54,864 nucleotides of DNA from Octopus bimaculoides (GCF_001194135.2 NC_068987.1:44772945-44827808), one strand, 5' to 3'. Shown: positions 26,310 to 39,246, numbered from the stretch's first letter. A program made the numbers and translations. The notes: generated by a model from the sequence alone, not told the origin.

Positions 26310-27190
26310 ATAAAAGTATAGGGTGAGATCAGGAAGAGTGGGCAGTTAAGTTTGCAACAGTGTGAAAGGAGACTGACAGATGGTTAGAGATGAGGGATAG
26401 GGATGAATGCAGTGAGTGGTGAACATAAGTTGTAGGGAGGAGCAGAGGATAAACAGTGGCAGAACAGTGGGGTGAGATGTGAAGTGCATGAGAGAAGGGG
26501 GATGTACAGAGGTCAAAAGTACATAGGAATGGATATAATGAGAAAGGAGGTGGGGAAATACATCTAAGACAGATATGAAAGCGTTCAGGGTTTGTCAAGG
26601 GAAAATAAAGTGGTAAGGGGAGAGACTAACAATGAGGAGTGGCTGACAAGGGAAGCCTTTCCAAATAGAGAGATAACTAGTAGTAAGTACAAATGAGAAA
26701 TGAAATATGTGCAGTTCTGCTCCCATAATAACAGTAGCTGAGCAAATAGTGCTGTGGTTAGAAGTGTGATGGAAGGATGAGTATTAGGAAGAAAAGTTGC
26801 AGGGATGGCTTGAGAGGGCAGATTGGATGCAGAGACAGACATAATATAATATGCTTTTAGGACTTCATTTTTTTGCCGAGATGGGCGAGTTTTCTAGAGT
26901 ACAGTGACTTGCCAATCACCTTGGTCCTTTGTCATCTCCTGAGGTCAGTTTTTACTACTTTGTCCCACTTCTTCCTGAGTCTCCCTCTCCCACAAATTCC
27001 ATCTAGCTTAAGCTATCAGCACTTTATGTAGTATCCAATACACACTGTTAAGGTGGATGACATAAGGAAGGGCATCCAGCTGTAGAAACTGTGCCAAAGT
27101 AGACACTGGAGCTTGACGTAATCCCCTGGCCCATTGGATCCTGTTGAAAACTGTTCAACCCAGGCTAGTTTGGAAAACATGATGCTATCA
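26310..27190 (+). mobile_element. Highly decayed RTE-type 3' region ending in the family tail
   Basis: Purine-rich debris followed by ggaagggcatccagctgtagaaac tail at about 27065-27185. Confidence 0.45.
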
Positions 27191-28044
27191 TAGAAAACAC
27201 AATATTACCATACATAATTTAAACTCTATTGCACTTCAGCTTGAATAATATATTTAATTTACATCAGCTATCACCAATCTAAATATTGTCACTCCCTAGA
27301 GAATAATGGGGAAATAGATAACTTTTTTTCATGTATAATACATAAGCCTAATTTAAGTCTTAAAAATCTGGGAGGTTTGTATTTACATGAATACAGAAAT
27401 CATTTCAATATTCACAGCTATCAGTAACTAATGTGCGGTATATTACTGGTATTAGACTGGAGACTACAGATGGTTCAAAGTAAAAGCAAAACTAGAAAGT
27501 TTTGAACATAAAGTAAAAGGCTTTCACTGAACAATGTATTTTATATATCAGTCACCTATTAATATATCCTTACATTGATTTCTATGATTATGTAAGCCAG
27601 TTTTCATTAACTGTCATTTTATCAAACTCAGAAAGAAGATGAAAGTCAAAGTTAGCCTCAGTCACAACACCAAAAGGAATTTTGTCTAACACTAACTGTT
27701 CTGCCAATCCACTGCTGTAACATGTTCTAATGTTAGCAGCTAAATTGCTAATAGCAGACACAAGCATCTGTATGTGTGTTAATTCATCAAACTTGAAAAG
27801 AAAATGGCCACAATGACAAAAGTAAGCCATCATAGAAAAAAAAAATCCAAAAGCTATTAATCACAAAGAAAGTGATTTTTTTATTTTTTACTGTTATCCA
27901 ATACATTTTCTATTTCTGCTTTAGCTCTTAGAGGTTTAAAAATCTATTTCAATACTCCAATGTGGTTAGAGCCCTTTTATTAAATGTGTTTGTTACATTC
28001 TTTCACACAGCCAGCTCACAAGGACTTCTAACATGGGTACGTCA

Positions 28045-28250
28045 TCACCATCATTTAAAATCCATGTTCCATGCCTGCATGGGTTAGATAGTTTGACAGG
28101 GTCTGACAGGCCCAAGGACTGCATTGCATTCCACTGTCTCTTTTGGCATGGTTTCTACAGTTGAATGCTCTTCCTAATGGCAACCATTTTAGTGTGTACT
28201 AGTGCCTTTTCCATCCCACCAACTCTAGTGAGGTCACTATGAAGCTTGCA
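28045..28250 (-). mobile_element. RTE-type 3' tail copy
   Basis: catcaccatcattt...ccatgcctgcatgggttagatagtttgac...tctacagttgaatgctcttcc. Confidence 0.7.
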
Positions 28251-28254
28251 AAAC

Positions 28255-28760
28255 CAAAAATCCTAAGAGAGGTGGCTTTATAATAGATGATGGCAGAGAA
28301 GAAAAGGTTTCGAGCAGTATGGCTACATACATTTGTAGTGAAGAGGTGTCTGGGTGAACACTCAAAGTACAAAATGAGCAGAAGTGTGTGCAGGATGTAG
28401 TACAAAAGAACCAAGTGTGAGTGGGTAGAGATTGCAAGAGTGTGTAAGAGTGAGATGAAGAGAATAAAATAAAAAACAAGTGTTGAGGGGGAAGACTTAG
28501 TGAACGGTGGATAATAGGTAGGGAGACCAAGGCACAAGGCCATACATTTAAGGGAAGGGTGGTACTGGTGCTAGGTAAAATGCTGTAAAATTTGCCGACA
28601 AGAAGGCAACCAGCAGTAGAAATCAGGCCTAATATGGGATATACAAGATGTGGGCCTCAGTTTGTATGGGATATACAAGATGTGGGCCTCAGTTTGTATG
28701 GGATAGCAAGAACTCGACTGACGACCAGTTTAATCTATGCCAGCCTTGAAAACAGACATT
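28255..28760 (+). mobile_element. Decayed RTE 3' end including a 32-bp tandem duplication
   Basis: Translated debris ending ...VEG...GRPR followed by tail-like sequence; tatgggatatacaagatgtgggcctcagtttg repeated at 28633 and 28665. Confidence 0.45.
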
Positions 28761-29092
28761 AAAACCAATCAGTATTTGGATGGTAATAATTTTATTGAAC
28801 CAGTAACAAAATACAAGGCATTCTGTCTATCATTTAATTCTGACATGGTCATAAAATCTAAGGAACAGGCTCTGGTTTCCTCCAGTCAAAACAAGTACAC
28901 AGTACAAGTTTTATCTATCTTGGTCCGAACGAACTTACAACAGATGGCTGCAGCTAGAATATTGCAGGGCATATAGTTCGCTACTTCCCCTCTCCACACA
29001 CACACACTCACCCATCTCCTTAATAGCAAATATCACACAGCTGTCACTCCTTTTGAAGAGAAAATGGAAACATTTTACCAAATTATTCTTAC

Positions 29093-29220
29093 CTTATCTA
29101 CTGTCTGTTCTTCTTTGAAAAGGACAAAGCCAAAACCTCTGGATCTCTTTGTAACAGGGTCTGTTTTTAGATTACAATGTTCTACTTCCCCAAATTTAGA
29201 GAAATATTCTCTTAAGTCCT
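29093..29220 (-). CDS. sqd: hnRNP D/AB-like coding exon 3, RRM1 with RNP1 RGFGFVLF
   Basis: ctcttcag acceptor, gtaaga donor, 128 nt, phase 1-0; [42 protein letters not shown]. Confidence 0.97.
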
Positions 29221-30135
29221 CTGAAGAGAGACAGGGGTGAAAAAGAAAAATCACTTTATAAAGTACTGTTTTTGAACTCTGAAAGAGGAATTATAATCTT
29301 AGTTTAAATTATCCAAGTTGAAACTTAACTGGAATTTAAATTGGAAAAACTCAAAATTGATTAGAGAGAAGATATATTTCTAGATATCACTTAAAAACCA
29401 GCATTTAATTTATCCTTGGTGCAAATGATTTTTTATTAGGTATGAAAAGCCAAAGTCTTAGTCTGTAGCATGTACTGAAACTGAGAATTATACAATTGGA
29501 AAAGGAGGTAAATCAAAATGGGAGAAATCCCAGAGTGAAATCACATACCACGTCCATAGACCAAGTCTAGTATTTCCTACTGGATAGCTGAAAAAGATCA
29601 ACTTTCGCATGAAACATTTTCACACAGCAATTGAATGTTTCCACTAATGAAATCAAGTCATTAAAGAGCTTAAAATTACCTGCTAAATAAATTTTTTAAA
29701 ATTTAAACCGCCGTGTTTTAAGCATACAAATAATATACATATTAATTTAAAAGATAGTTTATTATACAAAAATATTTAATTTACTAGCTACCAAAAACAA
29801 AAAACAAAAATCCCTTGGCATTTAAACATCTAAATACACCGGCGTAATGTTAAGTAATTATTACTTTTAATGAGTACAAAATAAAGCAATCACTTGCTAG
29901 TAATAAAAAGTAAAATTGAAAAAAACTGCTTTTATATTTTTATGTAGGAATGCACCAGTTATTGTAGAGAAAAACTTAAAAACAATCAACATTTTAGTCA
30001 CACCAAACAATTTTCTTTCTTTTTTTTATTTTTAGAGAAAAAAAGGAAAAATTCGCCAACTAAAAATCTGAGATTGCAGACAAAACAGATATGAGAAAGG
30101 AAATAAGGCAGTTAGTTTAGATCTAGTAAGAAAAC

Positions 30136-30201
<66 letters not shown>

Positions 30202-31183
30202 AGTGGGGTGAACTGAAATATATACTTAGAAGAGAAAGAATCAAGTAGATGTGCACTGAGAGTGCAACAGACAGCGCCATAAAAGGAGGCAAGATCACTG
30301 GTGCAAAAAGTAGCCAACTGTTCAGAGCGTATAGCAGCAGAACTATTGACACGAAAGATGGCAACAATGACGATTCTTGTCATCATCTTGCAGCTCCTCT
30401 CTCCTGATTCTGACGATGAGGAAGTAAGAGAGAGATGGAGAATTCGAAATCTAATAAAAATGCTGAAAGAGTTATCACCGAAAGTAACCAGACATTAATG
30501 TTAATCCAAGAGAAGAAAGCTTTATTTGTCTAATTTGTCTTCGTAAACAGAATTTGTAAAACAGAAAAAAACCTCGTTTGATTTTTTTTTTAACATTTAA
30601 TTTGAACTGAATTTGGAGAGTTAGATGCTCGGTGTCAATGACCGAATATAGAAAATTGAAAGTATAGGAGTATTCCTGTGTTGAAAAGTATAAATTGAAC
30701 TGTCTCAAGCCGTTTCTCAGAGTTTCTCTGCACACGAGTATTAACGCTTCTCCTGTCAGCTATATATATGGTGGGGACGCCCGGAAAAGCCTTAATGCAC
30801 GTATGTGGAAACTCAAGATACGGCATAAACGGCTTGAGACATTCTACATGTAGTGAATACCTCACTTTATATACATATATATATATATAAATATAATTTA
30901 TATTTATAAATTTGGCATACCAGTATTTGGATAAACATCGATAATACAACAGTCCACAGCAAACGAAGAATTATTAATTTTCTTAGAATTCTCTTTTCTT
31001 TATTTATTTATTAAGTATATTCGACGAAATTTTTTAAAAATTTAATGAGTGAAATAATAATGAGATGAATGGTTTTCTTATATGAGAAAAGAGAAAGATG
31101 GGAAGAACAATGAATGAGGGTTCAACGGTTGACCGTGGTGTGTGTATATATGTACGTATATATGCATATACTCACTTTATATG

Positions 31184-31219
<36 letters not shown>

Positions 31220-32744
31220 GTGTGTGTGCGTGCGTGTAAATAATGTATGAGGAGAAAGAATTACGATGGGTGTCACGGAAATAGAACAACTCGAAGTGAA
31301 ACTGGTATTTGTGGGCAAGAGGAGTATAATACATCATAGATTAGAGAGATGTAGTGAGCCAGAATGAGACACGTAGTTCGAACAAGACTGGGGAAAGGAA
31401 TAGTTTGTTTCCCGGTTTTAAAATGTTTAGCTGGATATTTTTAATTGAACATGAACGATGAGGTGATGAGGATATGAAAGACGATACAGAAATATTGAAA
31501 GGGGAAAAAACAGGAAAAATGACAAAAGAAAAAATAATTCGAGATGAGGAAGGAGTGAAGGATTATAATTAGTCCAGCGTCACAAGCACCGGCTGTTTAT
31601 CGTTAGTTATTACAATTTAAACATTTTCGCAGTAGATTACTATAACTAACTCCTCTACAATTATAATTTATTTTTATAACTACACAGTCTAAAAATTAAT
31701 ATACATAACAATCGGCTTTTCTTTGTTATCAACGACGATAACCGGTTATTTTAGAGAAGGAAGTCACTAGTTTTAATGGTGAATCAAGCCAGAGAAACAA
31801 AATATTTAAGTCATTTAATCTGCGACTGATTTCTAGCTGTCTTAATCCACACACGGAATTAAAGCATTACTGGAGTTATCATTAACTAATTTGTTTATTA
31901 ACGACACATCATCAATAAATGCAAGTAAATGCCAAACTATAACGGATCAATAAGAATATCATGTGTATAAGTGATTTAGGCACGGCGACAATTATGCAGG
32001 AGAGGGTTGCAATCGAGATTACAGCTAATTATTTGGGTAATGGGGAGATAAAAAGTTAAGGCTGAATAATTAAATGGCAAAGCCGATTAAAAATTGTTGT
32101 GACTGACTGCAACTGCTCTCCTTTTAAAGGGATACTCCTGCTGCTGTCATCATCTAAAAAAAAACCATCGCCATAACTAAGTACACTTTATCATTTCAAA
32201 CAGATTTGGATACACACACACACATAATCAACCAGAGATGCACTACCACAGGTAACACACAACTTCGGACTGCATACACAGAATGTCTACTCATTCTATT
32301 GTTTATTCAATATACACGCTCCTACAGACATATACAGTCGTTAAATCAACAACGGCCTAGATATATACACTCCTCTGTTTGTAGCCGTCACAGAGCTGGA
32401 GTGATCGACTGATGGTGGTGAAACTGCAAAAGTGCATTAATGGTAACATTAAGAATAATAAGCAGTAATGAGAGAACAAAATTAGTCCCATGGTGTAAAA
32501 ATGGAGAAGAAAGAAAGGCTGACGACTGTGAGGGGGGGGAGCAAGATTGGCGGTGGTGATCTTAGAAGGTAAACCCGCGAAGAGAGAGAGAGAGAGAGAG
32601 AGGGAGGACTAGAACCTGAGTAATATGTGTACTGCTGATGCTATATGGAGGACTGCTTGAGAATTTATGTGAGACATCACGTTCTGCATTGCTGTCAGAG
32701 TCAGCGACTACATTACTCTGTAAATAATTGTATATCGGTTGCGC

Positions 32745-32791
<47 letters not shown>

Positions 32792-33199
32792 TGTGTGCGC
32801 GCGCGTGCGCGCAAATATACACACACGCACATAAATGTCAAGAGATTATATATTTATGCAGGAACATTTTTAATAGAGGTGTAAGCTTGAGAGCATGTAT
32901 AATTAATTACTTAGGTACATACATCCATGAACGATCATATCTAACAACCAGTGCCCGACGGGGAAGGGGTCTTAGCAGGTGCACAGTTTCAGACACGCTG
33001 GTGGTAAGTTCTTTCACAGATACGACACCGAAAATGTAGTGATGTACAAGAGATCATGGATCACAGTCAACATGAAACCATTCGCTAATTTAATCCTCAT
33101 AATTTCCAAAGAAATTTTAAACAACGTTTTCATTATTCTACACATTCACACGGTATCAGACAAACAACCCCTTTCGTAGAGGAGGAAGACACCGAGATC

Positions 33200-33420
33200 G
33201 AATACAGGAGTAGATGATACACAATTACTACTACTCTTACTACAACCAGCAACATCACTGCTGCTGTTATTACTGCTTCTGCTATAGCTAACTACTACTT
33301 TAACCAGTATCAATGTTGCTATTACTGCTTCTACTACAGCTAGTAGTAGGACTACTACTACTTTACCCAGTATCACCACTGCTGCTACTGCAGCTGATAC
33401 TACTACTATACAAGAGCTGT
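33200..33420. repeat. Degenerate (ACT/GCT)n trinucleotide low-complexity tract
   Basis: Directly visible. Confidence 0.8.
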
Positions 33421-33754
33421 TCATGTGTGAAAGAATTAAATGAATTGAAACAGCGATTTGTCTTGGAGAAAGAATTAAACCATAGAAATGTGTGATCGTA
33501 AAAAATTACTACAAAAGTGAATAAATTATGCTTAAAAGATGGGGGCGGTGCAGTGAAGAGAGAGATGGTAGTGATGGTGGGATTAATGTTTTAGAGAGAG
33601 AAAGAGAAGGGTTTAGCAGTAAAGTCAGATATGCACATGTAATTATATATAACTATTATTGTTAAGAATACATAAATGTGCGTGTGTGTATGCTTAATAT
33701 AGTCATCAGTGTTTGTGCTCAGTTATTTATAGCTACATATATGCCTGCGTATGT

Positions 33755-33818
<64 letters not shown>

Positions 33819-33880
33819 GCACACGCACACATGTGAAAGTGTAAGGTGCACACACATATATATATACATATATTACTTAC

Positions 33881-33921
33881 TGGCAGTTGTCTCCCAACTT
33901 AATCCTCCAACAAACAGTTTT
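33881..33921 (-). CDS. sqd: hnRNP D/AB-like coding exon 2, KLFVGGLSWETTA (RNP2 of RRM1)
   Basis: ttttacag acceptor, gtaagt donor, 41 nt, phase 2-1; KLFVGGLSWETT is the squid/hnRNP D signature. Confidence 0.97.
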
Positions 33922-35168
33922 CTGTAAAACAAATAAAAATCAGTTATAATAACAGAAAATTTACAATTTATTCAGTAAAACAACACTGAAAACACTTACG
34001 GGTGAAGGGTCAGATTTTATACATCTAAATATAATTATGTAAATATGAATGTATTTTATACACAAGCATTTGTAGAAGATAAGTATAATTATGAGAACTT
34101 AACTATTGTGATTTTAAAGCACCAATTGTGTCTGTACGTGTTTTATATATAATGTTAATTAATGTGTATATGAGTATATGAATATCTGTAAATATATATA
34201 TTTATGCATGTCAGCATGGAACATGTGTACGTTAAATGATGGACGTGTATATTTTATACACACACACAGAGAGGGAATTATGTACACTTTAAATATACGA
34301 AATCCAATAAAATAACGTGAAGAAAAGACGGATATTCCCTCAACTAAGTCTTCCTTTAACAGAAAAGGAGAGAAAAAAAAGCTACAAAGGAAGCCATCTT
34401 TGATAAGAACCGGCGTTAAGGTGGACGGCCACAAAATCGTGGAATTATTTCAAATATAATTTTTTCCCCAATACATTTTGACGTGTGAACTTCATACATC
34501 CGCTTCTAATTCATCTTGCTTACACTATAAAAGATCAAGATCTAATTCTTTTTTTCTTCTTTATTTCTACGAGAAAATGGCACCACTATAACCATAGAAA
34601 TTGCAAACAAAAGCCATAATTGTATTTCATGTTTATGTTTTTGAAATGGCTTTTAATTTTCACATCGAAAATATATTTTCGAAATCATTATTACTAAGAT
34701 AATATAGATCTATTTGTCGACTATTACAGAACATCTCTCTCACACGAAAACTAAAAATTAGATAAGCTACTGAATCATTGTATACACACACACAACGGAC
34801 TCGTACTCAGTTTTCGAGAAGACAAGTCTGCCAAAAGTTCAAGTCTTAGCAGAGACATTTTCGCTGAAGTTATGAGAGTGTACGTCAGATTCGTTGTCCA
34901 AAAGTGACATGAAACAACGGTTATAAAATGCTTTAGTATCTAGTACACGGTCATCTAATTTAGAGAGAAGTGGAGAATTCCATATTTATTTAGCAGAGCA
35001 AGTGAACGAGAAAAAGCAAAAAAAGAAACGGAACATTTCAAATATGCCTAGATCTTTTAAAAACAATTTAATTGTATCAAAATATTTCTGTTTATCAATA
35101 ACGGAGTGATGTTAGAACGATGAATAAGCCGCATGGCTGAAACGAATAAAAGAATGCGTGTGTGCGTG

Positions 35169-35231
<63 letters not shown>

Positions 35232-36439
35232 GAGAGAAGTAGGACTGCTGTGGCGATGCAGCAATACATCTTGTTTGTTCAACACCTGATCGCAACTGAA
35301 ATTCCTCCCTGCTTGCCAACTAAAATATCAAGGAATTCCAAGACACATACACACACTTGTGTGAGAGAAACCATTTTAAGAGTTTAAAACAAAACAAAAA
35401 CATCAATAATATTGTTGAGCAGTGTTCAATTACCTAGACCAGATACACTGATTGCCTGGTATAATGTAATTAAAATATCAGAAAGTGCCAATAAATACCA
35501 GTGTATATGAATCTGTAGAATTATACACATACATGTTCCTGAAGTTAAGGTATGTGTTAAAGATATAATTTTTTTAGAGACCAGGAAGTGAAAAAAAGAA
35601 AGAGACGAGTTTATAATTTAACACTGACATTAATGTGCACAGCGTCTGATATACATATTTACAAATGTGTGTAATCTGAAGAATGGAAAAACATCTCTCG
35701 CACCAAAGAAATCGGATTCTAAGTTCTTATCAGTGAAATAAACCATTTTCTTCGTTATACCACTACTTTGCCAATTATTACTAAAGCTTCTATATAACTA
35801 CAATACAGTGAAAACCGGTAAATAATTACTGATAACGTTATCAAAATAAGTGGGTCCCTAAAAATATAGACCAGGATATCTTTACATTCAATGTTTATGA
35901 TACAATCCCAGTGGTCACAGTAACGATCTTCCACAGTAGTTCGAACCAACAATAGGGGTTCTCGATGTGATCAATCTGCTAGAAACAGCAGCCCCTCCCC
36001 CACCTTTACCCAAATCACCCCATCTTTAAAAAAATGGGTACAGTGAATACTGTAGTCCTATTTTAAAGGTTGAAAAGACTGCTCAATCAGGAGTGACTAA
36101 GGGTTAAATAACAACCCCTTTAGATCGTTATTTCCGCAGTACGAGATTGCTATTGCGGCATTATCGCTATTCTCCTCCTATATTATAATTATACCAAACA
36201 ACGAGCGAACCATCAATACACCACCTCTCCCCGCATAATATGAACTCAGCTCCATTTGCTAATTTTAGTACTAAATGATTTTTGCAGAAAGAAGATCACC
36301 AGAAATTTCTTCAAGCTTTCATTTTCTATGTTGTTGTATCAATTTCTGTACTTCCACTTCCTAAAAACTACAGTATTTCTTATCATATCGTTATTACTAT
36401 ATTGTTATTGCTCTTAACGTTCTGGGTTCAAATGTTGCC

Positions 36440-37000
36440 GAGCCATCTTTTCGAGGTCGATAAAATCAGAACCAGTCAAGTACGGAGATCGATGTAATTA
36501 ATTTCCCCCTCGTCAAAATTGCTGCCCTTGTGCCAAAGTTACGAGGAATTATTAAGACGACGGGGTTGGCAGAATCGTCAGCGCGCTAGACAAAATGCTT
36601 AGCGGCATTTCTTCCAGTTCTTTATGTTGAGTTCAAATTTCGACGGGGTAAATTTGGTCCTTTCATCCTTCTCGTAATCTATAAAATTTAAGTACCAATC
36701 AAGACGATGTAATTGACTTACCCTCTCCTGCAAATTTGTTGACCGAATGCCAAAAATTTGAAACCATTATTATTATTATTAAGGCAGTGAGCAGGCAGAA
36801 TCGTTAAGCACGCCGGCTTAGCGGTATTTCTTCCGACTTTACATTCTTAGTTCAAATGCCGTCAGGGTCGACTTTGCCTTTCTTCCTTTCGGGGTCGATA
36901 AAAGATGTACCAGTAGAACACTGGGGTTGATATAATTGACTTGACCCCTCCCCCTAAATTGCTGGTCTTGTGCCAAAATTTGAATTCATTACTACTACTA
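36440..37000 (+). mobile_element. Three head-to-tail copies of a tRNA-derived SINE (family B)
   Basis: Repeated ggcagaatcgt..agc head, gagttcaaat B-box and ggggtcgataaaa..gtaccag...tgccaaaatttgaa tail with (ATT)n/(ACT)n; units about 36440-36545, 36555-36780 and 36781-37000. Confidence 0.8.
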
Positions 37001-37799
37001 CTGACATACTACAGCGATATGCAATTGTCACTATTTAACTAGATATTAATACTACTACTACAGGCTAGCATCATTAGTTTCTTCAAATGAAATTGAGCAA
37101 ACATTTTCATGTTATAGACACATTTTCTTGGAAGGTTACGATACAACTAGGTTAATACATCATTGATTATTACAAAGAATAGTCGATGATATCGACCCAG
37201 TTCATGTCACTACTATTTTACTTCAGAATGGACACAAACGTAGCTAAAATACCTCCTTTTTTTATGAAATAATAAAATATATTTCCTCTTGCCTATCATC
37301 CATATTATTAACGTAGAATGCTTTTGCATCGCTAGATTTCTGTTAAGTTCAGTTGTTTGATTCTGTTTAGATACTATTGCTTCGAAATGAGACATATTAA
37401 ACCAATTCCGACCGAATTTGAACTCGGAACTGAGCAAAAAGTAAGGACGTCAAAAGCATTTAGTGAAACATTCGTTCAATCAACACCAACGCCAATTTAG
37501 ACAGGTTTGTAGTATATAAACGACAGAATCGACCACATTATAATTACTGGTACTTATTTCATCTAGCTTCGAAGAAATCTCATTGATAATCGAACTTGGA
37601 ACAGTGCCGTTCTGTTATACTAGTTACCCTAAAACCAACCAACCAGTGCGTCGTACAACCATCTCTTTTACCTGCAAGTTGAGTTATGTATCTTGCCAAG
37701 GGACACAACAAAATTAGTACAGGCACGTTATCAGAATATTTTTAAAACTCTAGATCTGCCACTAGATTCTAAGAACCGTCATAGACCAATATATCATTT

Positions 37800-37920
37800 A
37801 TTTTGCCTTTCATCCTTTCGGGGTCGATAAATTAAGTACTAGTTAAGTACTGGAGTCGATCTAATCGACTGGCCCCCTCCCCCAAAATGTCGGGCCTTGT
37901 GCCTAGAGTAGAAAAGAATA
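37800..37920 (+). mobile_element. 3' half of SINE family B
   Basis: tttgcctttcatcctttcggggtcgataaattaagtactag matches 36865-36920. Confidence 0.75.
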
Positions 37921-38948
37921 TATTATTTTTTATAAATCAAGATCCACTACTATAATTTTGAGAGCCTCAACTATTTATCCACAATTTCTACAAGACACAG
38001 CAATTTTAGTAAAGGTTGAAGGATATAAAATCGACCCCAGGGGAGATGAAAGACAATATACAGTGACGAAGAGACAAACTACAAAACAGATTTATTTTTG
38101 TTATTGTTGGTAAATTTTTAGAAGTTGTAAAAATTTACCGTTTTTTTTTTTACGCCGCAACAATATTGATGAAAATACTTCCTTTATTGCAACAGCTATT
38201 TTCCTCTATTGCCAAGCATTCCCGGAGATGCTCCCATTTTCCTGGATCACGACAGACAAAACTTAAATACAGTAGTCAACAATAATTACGTTGTTTTTCC
38301 AACATTTCTGCCAAATTCGATGTTCCATTGCAGCAACAACCATAAAACTATTAATAGTTCTTCATAACGTGAAGTGGAAAGAACTTTTTGCGATGTAGAA
38401 GTAAAGCAGTTTTAATTGAGAATCGAAACCGAGACATGGACTCCATGTTTATTAAGGAAAAAAATACTAACGCTTTTAAATTCACACAAAACGGATATTT
38501 TTTATACATATATGCTTCGAGAAATGTTTCTTACAATATTCATACCTTTTCTAAAGAACACAATAATGGTAAATTCTTACATAGGAACATACTTCCCAAT
38601 AAGAAAAGAGAGAAAATTGGTAATGTAGAATTGTTATACATTAGGAATCGAAATGTGATCGTGAACAGTGATCGCTAAAAGCCATCCAGAAAGGAAGTCA
38701 AAAATGAAGCGGGGAATGGGTATATGATGTTCATTCTATTGTAAAGAACAGCTGAGACAAATTAAGCGAAGTGAAAGTATTACAAGATGGAATCGAAACC
38801 GGGTCACGGATTGGGACAGCTTCATATTGAACTCCTTTAAGGATTCAGATGTACAAAATGGGAGATTTAAAACTGTGTGATGCTACGTTTCAATAAATCG
38901 TAATATTGTCAATAATAATAAAAAGAAGAAATCAAAACTACATCTCAC

Positions 38949-39115
38949 CTACTATCTTCATCATCATTGCCTTTACTTTCCTCTCCATCAACTGTCTCCA
39001 TTGCCGCCGACTCCTCAAAAGTAGTGACGGCTTTCTCCACATTTTCGTGGCCATCAATGTTGTTAGCTCCATTTTCTCCGTCCATCTCCACAGTGTCAGT
39101 CTGGAATTCTGCCAT
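38949..39115 (-). CDS. sqd: hnRNP D/AB-family (squid/hrp40/AUF1-like) coding exon 1, acidic N-terminus. Full CDS: complement join(38949-39115, 33881-33921, 29093-29220, 25208-25360, 24044-24175, 22742-22796, 20539-20721, 17737-17778, 16352-16428) = 978 nt, 325 aa
   Basis: ATG at 39115, MAEFQTDTVEMDGENG...GNDDEDSR; AG/gtgaga donor in phase 2 joins exon 2 to give DSRKLFVGG; all junctions are GT-AG and keep frame. Vertebrate HNRNPD/AB/DL are co-orthologues, so the invertebrate symbol is used. Confidence 0.9.
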
Positions 39116-39154
39116 TATTTGTGTATATGTGTATATATTTGTGTATATGTGTAT

Positions 39155-39246
39155 CTAAAGTTATCTATATTATATATTTAGCGAAATATCTATCTATATG
39201 ATATAGATTCAATCTTTAGATGAAAGTGGGGGGACAATACACTTAC
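39155..39246 (-). other. Predicted 5'UTR intron of the hnRNP gene
   Basis: GTAAGT donor at 39246 (alternative GTGAGT at 39255) and ctttag acceptor at 39155, 39 nt before the ATG. Confidence 0.6.

Noticed and set aside
27588-27790. 67-codon frame in phase with hnRNP exon 3 after a ttttcaag acceptor
   Set aside because: AAG acceptor is atypical, the peptide is unrecognisable and no supporting donor or poly(A) signal was identified.
30301-30498. + strand ORF with a hydrophobic start and acidic patch
   Set aside because: Short, antisense within an intron, non-ATG start in the track, no homology recognised.
30783-30796. UAAGGC in the hairpin arm resembling the miR-124 seed
   Set aside because: Only about 6 nt match; the rest differs from miR-124.
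33146-33495. Val/Ala/Leu-rich ORFs resembling membrane proteins
   Set aside because: Translations of a trinucleotide low-complexity tract.
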